Part shown: piece by piece, positions 16,071 through 23,772 of the stretch
Numbering within the stretch: the first letter of the stretch is position 1
Layout: each line of letters begins with the position of its first letter
IMG/VR virus record: IMGVR_UViG_3300007549_000023
Span: 1 to 26,445 of that record
Reading direction: 5' to 3' (one strand)
Length of the DNA: 26,445 nt
DNA from: a virus
Lineage: Duplodnaviria > Caudoviricetes
Position numbers and translations under genes: made by a program
The notes under the pieces: generated by a model
Databases searched by the model: none
What the model was told of the DNA's origin: nothing
Seen by the model: only the letters and a program-made list of their open reading frames with translations

Positions 16071-16358
16071 TTAACAATCCCACTTACGAAGTGAGAGGGC
16101 CTTTCTTGTTGGTCTTCCTTTTTCGTCCTTCATAGGACCAGGCATACCGCCCATCCTAGCGCAGAAAGATTTACGACGTGCTGCAGACTTGGGAGATTTC
16201 TTTGCTTGGTCTGCTGATACTGGTGGCTTTAGGTTATGCCCTTGTGCTTTTGCAGAAGCTCTACCTTTAGCATTTAATCCGCCTTCAGGGTTCTTACCCT
16301 CTTTGCGAGTCCATGCAGGAGTTGACTTCTTAGCGTGAGCCTTTTTCTTTGTAGCCAT
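16071..16358 (-). CDS. Small basic conserved phage protein (DUF6321-like)
   Basis: PAWTRKEGKNPEGGLNAKGRAS...RRKSFCARM...LRKWDC pattern recognised from memory. Confidence 0.75.
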   Translation of the reverse strand: MATKKKAHAKKSTPAWTRKEGKNPEGGLNAKGRASAKAQGHNLKPPVSADQAKKSPKSAARRKSFCARMGGMPGPMKDEKGRPTRKALSLRKWDC

Positions 16359-17206
16359 TACTTCTTCTTAATACCAACGATGCGACCAGTTGTTTTATCA
16401 CGAGTCACTGTTGGTTGTCCTTTAGTAGGAGCTACCTTCTTTGCAGTTGCCTTCTTAGCTGGCGCAACATCAGGTGTTGTTTCTTTAAGAGAAACCATAC
16501 GCCCATTAGGTGCACGCTTTACTGTTGGCTTTGGTCCACCAGTTGCTGTAGGAGCGGGAGCTGGAGCCGGTGTATTTGTGCGAGTTACTGGCGTAACATG
16601 AATCATCTTTTTTGCTTGGCTTGGAGCAACAGTTGGTGGTGGATTAGTTCCAGGTGCATCTGGCATCTTTAAAGTAAATTTTGCTGTAATTCCATTACCA
16701 GAAAATTCAGCTGGTTTTCCGCCTTGACCAGCTGCAGCAATACGATTAATTAATTCGCCAGCGTGCCTGTGAGCAACTCCAGCTTCGTTTATTGTGTTAT
16801 TAGAAGTGTTGTTTGATTCTCTAATTCTTAATTTAGACTCTGTACGCAACTTGTCTGTTGATAAGTGATGGTCAACAGCTCTCTTCTCTAAGTCGTTGTG
16901 ATGGTCAAGAATAGTCTTTTTAATTATGTGACGATTAGTTGCTGCAGTTTCTTTAAGTCTTTGCCCATGCTCTTGTGCAGATAGCGCAGATGTTTGACCG
17001 TGCTCTTGTGCAGATAGCGCAGAGTTAATCCCACCTACGTGAGAAGCGTAATCTTTTCCTAGTTCGTTACCGTAGTGAGCAGCTTCTAAGCCCATCTGAT
17101 GTGACAACACCATTTGGCTTGTACTGGTTGCACGAGCAGACACATTACCAAAGAAGTTGCTTGGCCCAGATGTGTTTACTGGCTTGTTGTATTTGCTTAG
17201 GTCCAT
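16358..17206 (-). CDS. His-rich/Pro-Lys-rich low-complexity protein
   Basis: 282 aa; SALSAQEHGQ duplicated; no RBS, probably leaderless. Confidence 0.75.
   Translation of the reverse strand: MDLSKYNKPVNTSGPSNFFGNVSARATSTSQMVLSHQMGLEAAHYGNELGKDYASHVGGINSALSAQEHGQTSALSAQEHGQRLKETAATNRHIIKKTILDHHNDLEKRAVDHHLSTDKLRTESKLRIRESNNTSNNTINEAGVAHRHAGELINRIAAAGQGGKPAEFSGNGITAKFTLKMPDAPGTNPPPTVAPSQAKKMIHVTPVTRTNTPAPAPAPTATGGPKPTVKRAPNGRMVSLKETTPDVAPAKKATAKKVAPTKGQPTVTRDKTTGRIVGIKKK
16968..17023. repeat. 23-nt exact direct repeat, 33-nt period (SALSAQEHGQ x2)
   Basis: tgctcttgtgcagatagcgcaga at 16968-16990 and 17001-17023. Confidence 0.9.
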
Positions 17207-17220
17207 GTGCTAATAGTCCC

Positions 17221-17580
17221 TTACTTTTCGTCTTCTGTTTGGTTATTCATTAAGCAATTTTCAATATTGATGAGTCGTTCACTTAGCTCATCAAAAGCAT
17301 CCATTATCAACACTTGATTTTCGTATAACCTGTCTACACGGTCTTTTACGGTTGTAAAACCGCCATTCTGACTTAGTTCGCCATCTACATTGTTGAGGCG
17401 CTCCATCACACCTGATACACGGTCACGACCTGGCGACTCTTCTTCGCCTTCCCAATCGCGCATGAAACGCTCCATCCATTGAGCCCAACGTTTTACTCGT
17501 TTGTATATTGGACTCAAGAGCACCCCCACACTAATGAGAGCACCAGCGACAATACCTAAAGTCATAAAAGTGTTTGTCAC
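17221..17580 (-). CDS. Single-TM membrane protein with coiled-coil tail (holin/lysis-associated type)
   Basis: GTG start with GAGGAG; N-terminal TM; FMRDWEG...GVMERL...ELSQNGG..VKDRVDRL pattern seen in actinophage lysis-region proteins. Confidence 0.6.
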   Translation of the reverse strand: MTNTFMTLGIVAGALISVGVLLSPIYKRVKRWAQWMERFMRDWEGEEESPGRDRVSGVMERLNNVDGELSQNGGFTTVKDRVDRLYENQVLIMDAFDELSERLINIENCLMNNQTEDEK

Positions 17581-17598
17581 TGGTGCTACTCCTCTAAA

Positions 17599-17793
17599 TT
17601 ACTTCTTTGAGCCGAAGCCGTATGATGGGTCTTTTGGGTTTACAAACTTTGCTGCTGGACCGAGAAGACCTGCAACAAAAGCATTTGCCAAAGTCTTTGG
17701 GTCTGAAATTCCGCTCATATAGAGCGCTGCAACAGCAGCAAGACTTGCACGCAGCCAAGTAGCTCCTGCAGCCTTAAGTGTGTTTATATCCAT
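17599..17793 (-). CDS. Putative holin (small 2-TM)
   Basis: WLRASLAAVAALYMSG...NPKDPSYG; AAGGAG RBS. Confidence 0.6.
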   Translation of the reverse strand: MDINTLKAAGATWLRASLAAVAALYMSGISDPKTLANAFVAGLLGPAAKFVNPKDPSYGFGSKK

Positions 17794-17834
17794 GGTTCTC
17801 CTTACTGAGTGCCCTACTCAGAGACAATAGTCTC

Positions 17835-17999
17835 TTATTCTTCGCGGTTACGCAGTGGATACGTAATAGCCCATGCAACTAATGTTGCAATAATTGCATA
17901 ACCAACAATTGTTTTTGCAGAACCATCTAGAACTACCCAAGCAATAAACATGCCAAGTAATGTCCAGAGTTGGTCAATCATATCTTTTAGCACTTTCAT
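17835..17999 (-). CDS. 54-aa two-TM membrane protein (missing from ORF track)
   Basis: MKVLKDMIDQLWTLLGMFIAWVVLDGSAKTIVGYAIIATLVAWAITYPLRNREE; ATGA overlap with the 814-aa gene stop. Confidence 0.85.
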   Translation of the reverse strand: MKVLKDMIDQLWTLLGMFIAWVVLDGSAKTIVGYAIIATLVAWAITYPLRNREE

Positions 18000-20440
18000 G
18001 ACTTACGTCTCCTTACGCCTTTGCTCTCACCTGATGAGCCTCCACCACCAGAATTTCCGCCCCCACTACTTCCACCAGAAGTTGAACCTCCAGTAGAGCC
18101 TGTTGCAGCACCGACTGCGTTCATAGCAGCACCTGCAGCAACAACTGTTGCCACAACCATGTCAGTTGCTTCTTCACGTTCTTCTTCTGACATATCTGCG
18201 CCAATACTTCCAAGAGCTGCCAATGCTGCGCCTGGGTCTGAAAAGGCTGTTGCCAATAGTTCTCCAGGATTTTCCAACAACTCAATTTGCGCAGCAACTT
18301 CAGCGGTGATTACAACTGCATTACCGTTTTCGTCGGTACGCACATCAACGGGAGTTTCTGCAGGCAAGTCTTTGTATTCAATTCCTGCTTCTTGTATTGC
18401 AGATGCGGAAAGTACTTCACCAGGAGCAACTGATTCAATAAGAGCAGTTGCAATAACCGTTTTTTGTTCTTCAGTTAGTTTACCTTCTTCGGCAGCTTTC
18501 TTCAGTGCTTCTGCTTCTGCTTTTTCAGCAGCTTCTTCTTCTGCAAGTTTTTCTGCTGCAATTCTTTTTTCTTCTGCAAGTGCTTCAGCCTTTGCCTCTG
18601 CAATGGCCTCTTTTTCTGCTGCTATACGCTCTGCTTCTGCTTCTGCAATGGCTCTTTCTTCTTCCGCTATGCGCTCTGCTTCTATGCGCTCAGCCTCTGC
18701 CTTTGCTTCAGCTTCTGCTTTTTCTTCTGCTGCTTTAATTTCTGCTGCAATGCGGTCTGCTTCTTCTTGTGCTTCTTTCTCTGCTTGAATTCTTGCTGCT
18801 TCAATCTCTGCCTCTATGCGCTCTGCTTCTGCTTTTGCCTCTGCCTCTGCTTTAATTCTTGCTTCTTCTTTTGCAGCTTCTTCTGCTGCAATTCTGTCAG
18901 CTTCCGCTTGTGCTGCTTCTTCTGCTGCAATTCTTGCAGCTTCAACCTCGGCGGCTATACGGGCAGCTTCTGCTTCGGCTGCTACACGAGCAGCTTCAGT
19001 CGCTGCTGCTATTCTTTCAGCTTCAATTCTCTCTGCTTCCGCTAATCTCGCAACTTCAGCAAGTCGTGCTACTTCTGCCAATCTTGCAACCTCAGCCAAT
19101 CTTGCAACCTCAGCAAGTCTTGCGACCTCTGCTAATCTTGCAACTTCAGCAAGTCTTGCAACTTCTGCTAATCTCGCTACTTCTGCAAGTCGTGCTACCT
19201 CAGCAGTTGCTGCTGCAATTCTTGCCTCTTCTTGCTGTGCTGCTAACAACGCTGCTGCTTCTGCTTGAAGTCTTGCTACCTCTGCTAGTCTCGCAATCTC
19301 CGCTAATCTTGCGACCTCTGCTAACCTTGCAATCTCCGCTAGTCTTGCTGCTTCTGCAACCTCTGCCGCTATTCTTGCAGCTTCGGCGTCTGCTGCTGCT
19401 TGCGCGGCTGCTGCTTGCGCGGCGATAAGAGCTGCCGCTTCTGCTTCAAGACGTGCTACCTCCGCAAGTCTGGCAACCTCTGCTAACCGTGCTATCTCTG
19501 CTAGCCGTGCTACTTCTGCAGTAGCGGCTGCAATTGCAGCTTCAGCTGCTGCTTGTTCTGCAGCAATTTCTTCTGCAGTTTTTCCAATTTTAAGTGTTAC
19601 AACATTTGATATTTCAGAGTATAGCGCCAAGGTATCGTTATCTGATCTAATATGAAATGACCAAACAGTTCCACTTGGCCTTAAGCTTTCAAGTAGAGAA
19701 TGGTCAATTGTTATTGTTGTGTTTAAAGAATTAGGGCCACCAACATTCCCAGTAGCAATTCCCCACCCATTGCACCCAGAACAATTGAAACTTATTGCAT
19801 ATCTTTCTGGTTGAGTATTACCAGTGTCTGGAGCATCCCAATCTAAGACTGTTGCAGTTGCCCCATCAACTACGGTTAAATTTCTTGGGGCACCTATTGT
19901 TTTTACTACTGGAGCTGCTTGTGAAGTAAAGGCTTCTGCTGGAATAACTTGCATTGACCCAGATTGGTCCCATAACAATTGAACCCAGGCACCGCCACCA
20001 TTTTCGTAGTACATTAACTCTATGGTCTTTGGGACTCCCGCTGTAAATGCTACTGGTGCGCTTGTTGTTCCTCCGCCACCTTTATCAACCCAATCGCTTG
20101 TTATCAAGGCGCCGTCAAGGTAGAGCTTAGTTCCATCATCTGCTGTTGCTAAAAATGATATGTCTTGAGTTGTGTTACTACGAATAGACCCAGTAAATCT
20201 TACAATAACGTCTTCGGAAGGGCCCCCTAGTACACTGCCACTACCCCATTGAAAGTCAATGTTGGGTACGTTTGTAGTTATTGTTGGGGTATTTCCTTGC
20301 GGTATGTACGGAGAGCCATTCTGACCAAGTACATTATGTACTTGAGCAGTCAATCCTTCTGCTGCACGAGCTTCTGTAGGTATAACAAAAAGCCAACCTA
20401 AAGATAATGCAGAAACTAAAAATAAACGAAGTAGTTTCAA
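17996..20440 (-). CDS. Secreted PA14 + FN3 + long helical stalk protein with C-terminal hydrophobic segment
   Basis: TTG start after GAGGGG; signal peptide ending ARA; PA14 motifs (IDFQWG, ADDGTKLYLDG, MYYENGGGA..QLLW); FN3 (APRNLTV...LDWDAP); Ala/Glu/Arg stalk; VVATVVAAGAA then GS-rich linker and RRRKS. Confidence 0.85.
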   Translation of the reverse strand: MKLLRLFLVSALSLGWLFVIPTEARAAEGLTAQVHNVLGQNGSPYIPQGNTPTITTNVPNIDFQWGSGSVLGGPSEDVIVRFTGSIRSNTTQDISFLATADDGTKLYLDGALITSDWVDKGGGGTTSAPVAFTAGVPKTIELMYYENGGGAWVQLLWDQSGSMQVIPAEAFTSQAAPVVKTIGAPRNLTVVDGATATVLDWDAPDTGNTQPERYAISFNCSGCNGWGIATGNVGGPNSLNTTITIDHSLLESLRPSGTVWSFHIRSDNDTLALYSEISNVVTLKIGKTAEEIAAEQAAAEAAIAAATAEVARLAEIARLAEVARLAEVARLEAEAAALIAAQAAAAQAAADAEAARIAAEVAEAARLAEIARLAEVARLAEIARLAEVARLQAEAAALLAAQQEEARIAAATAEVARLAEVARLAEVARLAEVARLAEVARLAEVARLAEVARLAEVARLAEVARLAEAERIEAERIAAATEAARVAAEAEAARIAAEVEAARIAAEEAAQAEADRIAAEEAAKEEARIKAEAEAKAEAERIEAEIEAARIQAEKEAQEEADRIAAEIKAAEEKAEAEAKAEAERIEAERIAEEERAIAEAEAERIAAEKEAIAEAKAEALAEEKRIAAEKLAEEEAAEKAEAEALKKAAEEGKLTEEQKTVIATALIESVAPGEVLSASAIQEAGIEYKDLPAETPVDVRTDENGNAVVITAEVAAQIELLENPGELLATAFSDPGAALAALGSIGADMSEEEREEATDMVVATVVAAGAAMNAVGAATGSTGGSTSGGSSGGGNSGGGGSSGESKGVRRRKS
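19043..19204 (-). repeat. Nine tandem AEVARL hexapeptide repeats (18-nt units)
   Basis: Identical peptide, synonymously varied codons. Confidence 0.95.
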
Positions 20441-20491
20441 GTGTTCCCCTCGGAATACTCATTGCCCTCAAATAACTAATTAAAGCAGAAG

Positions 20492-20707
20492 TTACATTGG
20501 TTTTCTTAGCTTATTAATAATTTGTTTTGAACCAACATCACCTGAAGCGTTAACAGACTCTCCTTGAACACCGCGTCCTCTACTTGCCCAAGTAAATATT
20601 GAAGCACGTGTTTCAGACTTAAAAGTTGACGGTGTAGAAACAAATCTTTGTTCAACACCTTTTCGGTTATTAACTTTAAGTGGTCGTCGGTTTAACTGCG
20701 GCTCCAT
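20492..20707 (-). CDS. Small basic hypothetical protein
   Basis: 71 aa; TAATG coupling with the upstream gene. Confidence 0.65.
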   Translation of the reverse strand: MEPQLNRRPLKVNNRKGVEQRFVSTPSTFKSETRASIFTWASRGRGVQGESVNASGDVGSKQIINKLRKPM

Positions 20708-21027
20708 TAGTAACTACCACCACCGCTGTCTCCACCTGCGCCCGCAGAATCTCCGTAACTTCCAGCAGATGTTCCGCCCATTCCACTGTAGTCACTTGCT
20801 GAAGCTCCTGAAGAGGGCTCTAAGTTACCTGGAGTGTTAGTTCCTGAAGATGTTGTCTGTAAAAGATTGCCAGCCATTAACGCACCAGTCATATAAGGAT
20901 AAGAACCCCACCAAAAACCGTTACCAACAAAGCCGCGTTCTCTGGGACGAGAAAAACGTTGACGCTGTTGGTCTTCTGCGGTTTCAATTGCTCCGTCAAA
21001 CTGACGACCTAAGTTGTGATGACTCAT
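20707..21027 (-). CDS. Gly/Ser-rich hypothetical protein
   Basis: 106 aa; tightly packed between neighbours. Confidence 0.7.
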   Translation of the reverse strand: MSHHNLGRQFDGAIETAEDQQRQRFSRPRERGFVGNGFWWGSYPYMTGALMAGNLLQTTSSGTNTPGNLEPSSGASASDYSGMGGTSAGSYGDSAGAGGDSGGGSY

Positions 21028-21030
21028 AAG

Positions 21031-21237
21031 TTACCTATCTGCATATATAAACAAGCCCTCTGGGTCGTGGACTTGAACTGACTGTTGAACTAATGTGTAA
21101 CCTGTTTCTCGTGCGTGATGTCCACAGAAGTAAAGCTCTCCAGTTAACAATGTTGCACGAACCATTGCTCGTGCAGCACATTTGTCACAGCGGTCTAATG
21201 CCGTTAACTCTCGCTGTGCGTGGGCTGTGTCTATCAA
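21031..21237 (-). CDS. Actinobacterial-type small zinc-binding protein (DUF7455-like)
   Basis: LTALDRCDKCAARAMVR...GELYFCGHH; TTG start in a TTGA overlap with the upstream ORF stop. Confidence 0.75.
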   Translation of the reverse strand: MIDTAHAQRELTALDRCDKCAARAMVRATLLTGELYFCGHHARETGYTLVQQSVQVHDPEGLFIYADR

Positions 21238-21377
21238 TTGCTAAACCCTGGGCTTGGTGGCTTACTTGCAGTAGCTCCAGCAAACTTATTCTGTGCACTG
21301 CTTATCTCAAGAGGCTTTTCTCCTTCAAACTTTGTAGTTTGAGGCATAGCGCCTTTGAATTCCTCACTAGATAACAT
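21234..21377 (-). CDS. 47-aa hypothetical protein (missing from ORF track)
   Basis: MLSSEEFKGAMPQTTKFEGEKPLEISSAQNKFAGATASKPPSPGFSN; fills the gap; stop overlaps the next start; TAAACT hexamer 6 nt before ATG. Confidence 0.65.
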   Translation of the reverse strand: MLSSEEFKGAMPQTTKFEGEKPLEISSAQNKFAGATASKPPSPGFSN

Positions 21378-21425
21378 GAGTTTAGTTTACCCCTTTCCTA
21401 GAATAAGTACGGGCATAATACGAAG
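21378..21425. promoter_or_regulatory. Back-to-back divergent leaderless promoters
   Basis: Minus GG-TAAACT (21384-21389)-N6-ATG; plus GG-CATAAT (21414-21419)-N6-ATG. Confidence 0.55.
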
Positions 21426-21542
21426 ATGGAGTCCAAAGAGTTCTTGGAACGTTACACTTGCGCTCTGTGTAGTAAAAGATACGTAGTACCCGATTTAGCA
21501 CGAATGTGCGAGGAAAAACACTTGGAGAACTCTGATGCCTAA
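21426..21542 (+). CDS. 38-aa zinc-finger microprotein (missing from ORF track)
   Basis: MESKEFLERYTCALCSKRYVVPDLARMCEEKHLENSDA: CxxC-x12-CxxxH. Confidence 0.75.
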   Translation: MESKEFLERYTCALCSKRYVVPDLARMCEEKHLENSDA

Positions 21543-21711
21543 ATACGAATACGCCTGCATCCAATGCGATTTAGAGCACGAAAAAGAGCGTAGCATTCAT
21601 GACGCAGAACCCGAATACTTCTGCAACAAATGTGGCTACGCTCTTCAACGTGTATACACCCCTTTTGGCCTTCAGTTCAAAGGCTCAGGGTTTTACAAAA
21701 CTGGTGGTTAG
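21535..21711 (+). CDS. FmdB-family zinc-ribbon protein (missing from ORF track)
   Basis: MPKYEYACIQC...FCNKCG...QRVY...FKGSGFYKT is the FmdB signature; GGAG RBS. Confidence 0.92.
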   Translation: MPKYEYACIQCDLEHEKERSIHDAEPEYFCNKCGYALQRVYTPFGLQFKGSGFYKTGG

Positions 21712-22061
21712 TTAGAGTTTTCTTTACCAACTGCTGTTGTTGTTACAAGTCCACCAACCTTAGTTGCTCTATCTGCTGCTTGACGTTCTTCAACTTCTAC
21801 ATCCGCAACTGTCTTTGCGCCCTTATCAACGACAGAAAATGCTGAGTTAATCTCATCAAGTGTTAGCTTTCCATCATCCATAAATGCACGAGCTAACTTC
21901 TCAACAACTGCGGCAACCGCAGTCAGACCAGCAACTAGTACTGCTTTTGCTACTGGAATACCTGCAACGGCACCAGCACCAATTACTGCAAGACCGCTTG
22001 CTGCAAATACCGCAACAATACGCATCAATACATTCTTCAATGTTGACATTAGATTCCTCAT
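21708..22061 (-). CDS. Two-TM membrane protein (holin-like) with EF-hand-like DDGKLTLDE
   Basis: Two hydrophobic stretches; ATGA overlap with the upstream gene. Confidence 0.7.
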   Translation of the reverse strand: MRNLMSTLKNVLMRIVAVFAASGLAVIGAGAVAGIPVAKAVLVAGLTAVAAVVEKLARAFMDDGKLTLDEINSAFSVVDKGAKTVADVEVEERQAADRATKVGGLVTTTAVGKENSN

Positions 22062-22396
22062 CCGTTTTTCTCCTCTGTATCGTAGTTTATCTTAGTGACG
22101 GTATCGTTGTACTCTTCTAGTGCTTCTAGACATATTTTTTGCTCAGACATTAAGAAGTCCTCAATCTCAGTACGACGAAGAGTAATCTGCTCCTCTGTTT
22201 GAGCAACTACTTCTTCAGAGAGTTCGTCTCGGTGCTCTTCATATTGTTCAACCATATAGCCCAATACAGACTGCATTGTGGCGGCTCTTAGCTGTGCTTC
22301 TTCCCAGCGTTTTTCAATAGCGGTGCGTTTTTTTCCTTTTAGGAAATCTTGTTGTTCAGCTTTGTTTATTGCAATCTTATCTTGGCGGTTACTCAT
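22058..22396 (-). CDS. Acidic helical hypothetical protein
   Basis: 112 aa; TGG-TACTGT-N6-ATG, probably leaderless. Confidence 0.75.
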   Translation of the reverse strand: MSNRQDKIAINKAEQQDFLKGKKRTAIEKRWEEAQLRAATMQSVLGYMVEQYEEHRDELSEEVVAQTEEQITLRRTEIEDFLMSEQKICLEALEEYNDTVTKINYDTEEKNG

Positions 22397-22413
22397 GCCT
22401 TTACAGTACCAGA

Positions 22414-22962
22414 CTACTTGTACTGCTCAACAACCTGGATAGGTCCAGAGGTATTGACATCTAGCTTTGCTGCAATCTGAATTGCTTTCTCTGGTGTAGA
22501 TCCTGCGTGTATAGCCCCAACAGCGTAGTCCGAACCAGAGCCAACTCCATAAACGCCGCTTTCAGAACGGCAAACAGATAAATCATCGGCAATGTCAAAT
22601 ACTTCTCCAGAAACAGCCATGAGGAAGTTAAACCTACCTTCCCCTGATTTTCCACCTTCTTTACCCTCATTGAAGTCATACCCATTATCAGTGAGGCATT
22701 TACGAAGAGAAGGCATAACTTTAACAATCATAAAGTGATAGATATCTTCAGAGTCTTTTAAACTTAGTTTTGGTGGGTTCCACATATGTTGCACAACATC
22801 ACAAGGTTGAACTTCGCCACTTCCTGCAATTAAAAAAGCCCCACGCTTTGCAATCTTTTTCATATCTGGATGGTTGTAACGACGACCACCCTCACTAGTT
22901 ACCTGATTATCTGCAGCCATAACACATTTGTCTTTGTATTGAACAGCAACGATAGTTGTCAT
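22414..22962 (-). CDS. HslV/proteasome beta-subunit-like Ntn threonine protease
   Basis: MTTIVAV N-terminus (Thr1), AADNQVT, KI, AGSG, GVGSGSDYA.GA, D.NTSG. Confidence 0.85.
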   Translation of the reverse strand: MTTIVAVQYKDKCVMAADNQVTSEGGRRYNHPDMKKIAKRGAFLIAGSGEVQPCDVVQHMWNPPKLSLKDSEDIYHFMIVKVMPSLRKCLTDNGYDFNEGKEGGKSGEGRFNFLMAVSGEVFDIADDLSVCRSESGVYGVGSGSDYAVGAIHAGSTPEKAIQIAAKLDVNTSGPIQVVEQYK

Positions 22963-22974
22963 ACTTACCCCCAG

Positions 22975-23009
22975 ATAGAAGAACCCCCCTAGATTACCAT
23001 CCAGGGGGG
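22975..23009 (-). terminator. Probable rho-independent terminator after the endolysin
   Basis: CCCCCCTGGAT-GGTA-ATCTAGGGGGG (11-bp stem, one G-U on minus strand) followed by UUCUUCUAU. Confidence 0.65.
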
Positions 23010-23028
23010 CCTTTTGGGGAATGTCTGA

Positions 23029-23772
23029 TTAGAGTAGTTTGACCAATTCAGCCCAAGTCTTCGGTCCAACCACGCCATTTGAGTCAATTAGGTCGTGATT
23101 GTCTTGAAAAGCAATAACTGCCTTCTTAGTGGCATCGCCGTATATGCCGTCTGCACGCAGGCCTAGAGCCTCTTGTACAACCTTGACGTCTGCACCAGTA
23201 TCTCCTGGCGTAACGGGTCCTGGGAACGCTGGAGCCTGTGAGACGGGCACCTCAGCTTTGACCTCGTTGCCCTTGTAGTTAGGACGGCCCCAACCTACGA
23301 TAGAGACTAGAACCTTCTTTTTGTTTGGCTTGTAGGCACGAACCTGCTCGCATACTTCGCCACCATTGCGTTGGTCACCCTTTTTCTTGCCAGAGGTGTT
23401 TCCTTCAATGGTTGCTACAACGCCATCGGCAATAATGCCTGAGCAGATACCTACGTGAGAAATTCGGTTGACACCATCTCCTGGGAAATCAAAGTACAGG
23501 ATATCTCCTGGTTGAGGTGTTTGACCACAGTCTGCTTCAAACCATGTGCCCATCTTTTCAAATGCTGCTGCACCTGCAACTGTAGAGACAGTATTAGGAA
23601 TCTTAACCTTTGCCTCGTTAGCTACCCACATGCAGAAACTTCCACACCAAGGTAGGAAGTTAGCCTTTGTAAACTTACCGTACTTGGTCTCGTTGTCCTT
23701 TGGGCCTTCAATTACGCCGACTTCTCTGCGAGCAATGTCAATCATTGCTTGAGCTGTTCCTAATGCTGCCAT
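23029..23772 (-). CDS. Endolysin: CHAP domain + peptidoglycan-binding domain
   Basis: PWCGSF (catalytic Cys), SHVGI, IEGNT; C-terminal DGIYGDATKKAVIAFQ...GVVGPKTW. Confidence 0.92.
   Translation of the reverse strand: MAALGTAQAMIDIARREVGVIEGPKDNETKYGKFTKANFLPWCGSFCMWVANEAKVKIPNTVSTVAGAAAFEKMGTWFEADCGQTPQPGDILYFDFPGDGVNRISHVGICSGIIADGVVATIEGNTSGKKKGDQRNGGEVCEQVRAYKPNKKKVLVSIVGWGRPNYKGNEVKAEVPVSQAPAFPGPVTPGDTGADVKVVQEALGLRADGIYGDATKKAVIAFQDNHDLIDSNGVVGPKTWAELVKLL

Noticed and set aside
18021-19428. Overlapping plus-strand ORFs (SASA- and LLL-rich)
   Set aside because: Shadows of the Ala/Glu/Arg repeat stalk
21382-21845. Track ORFs 21382-21564(-) and 21630-21845(+)
   Set aside because: They conflict with the better supported zinc-finger and FmdB genes at 21426-21711
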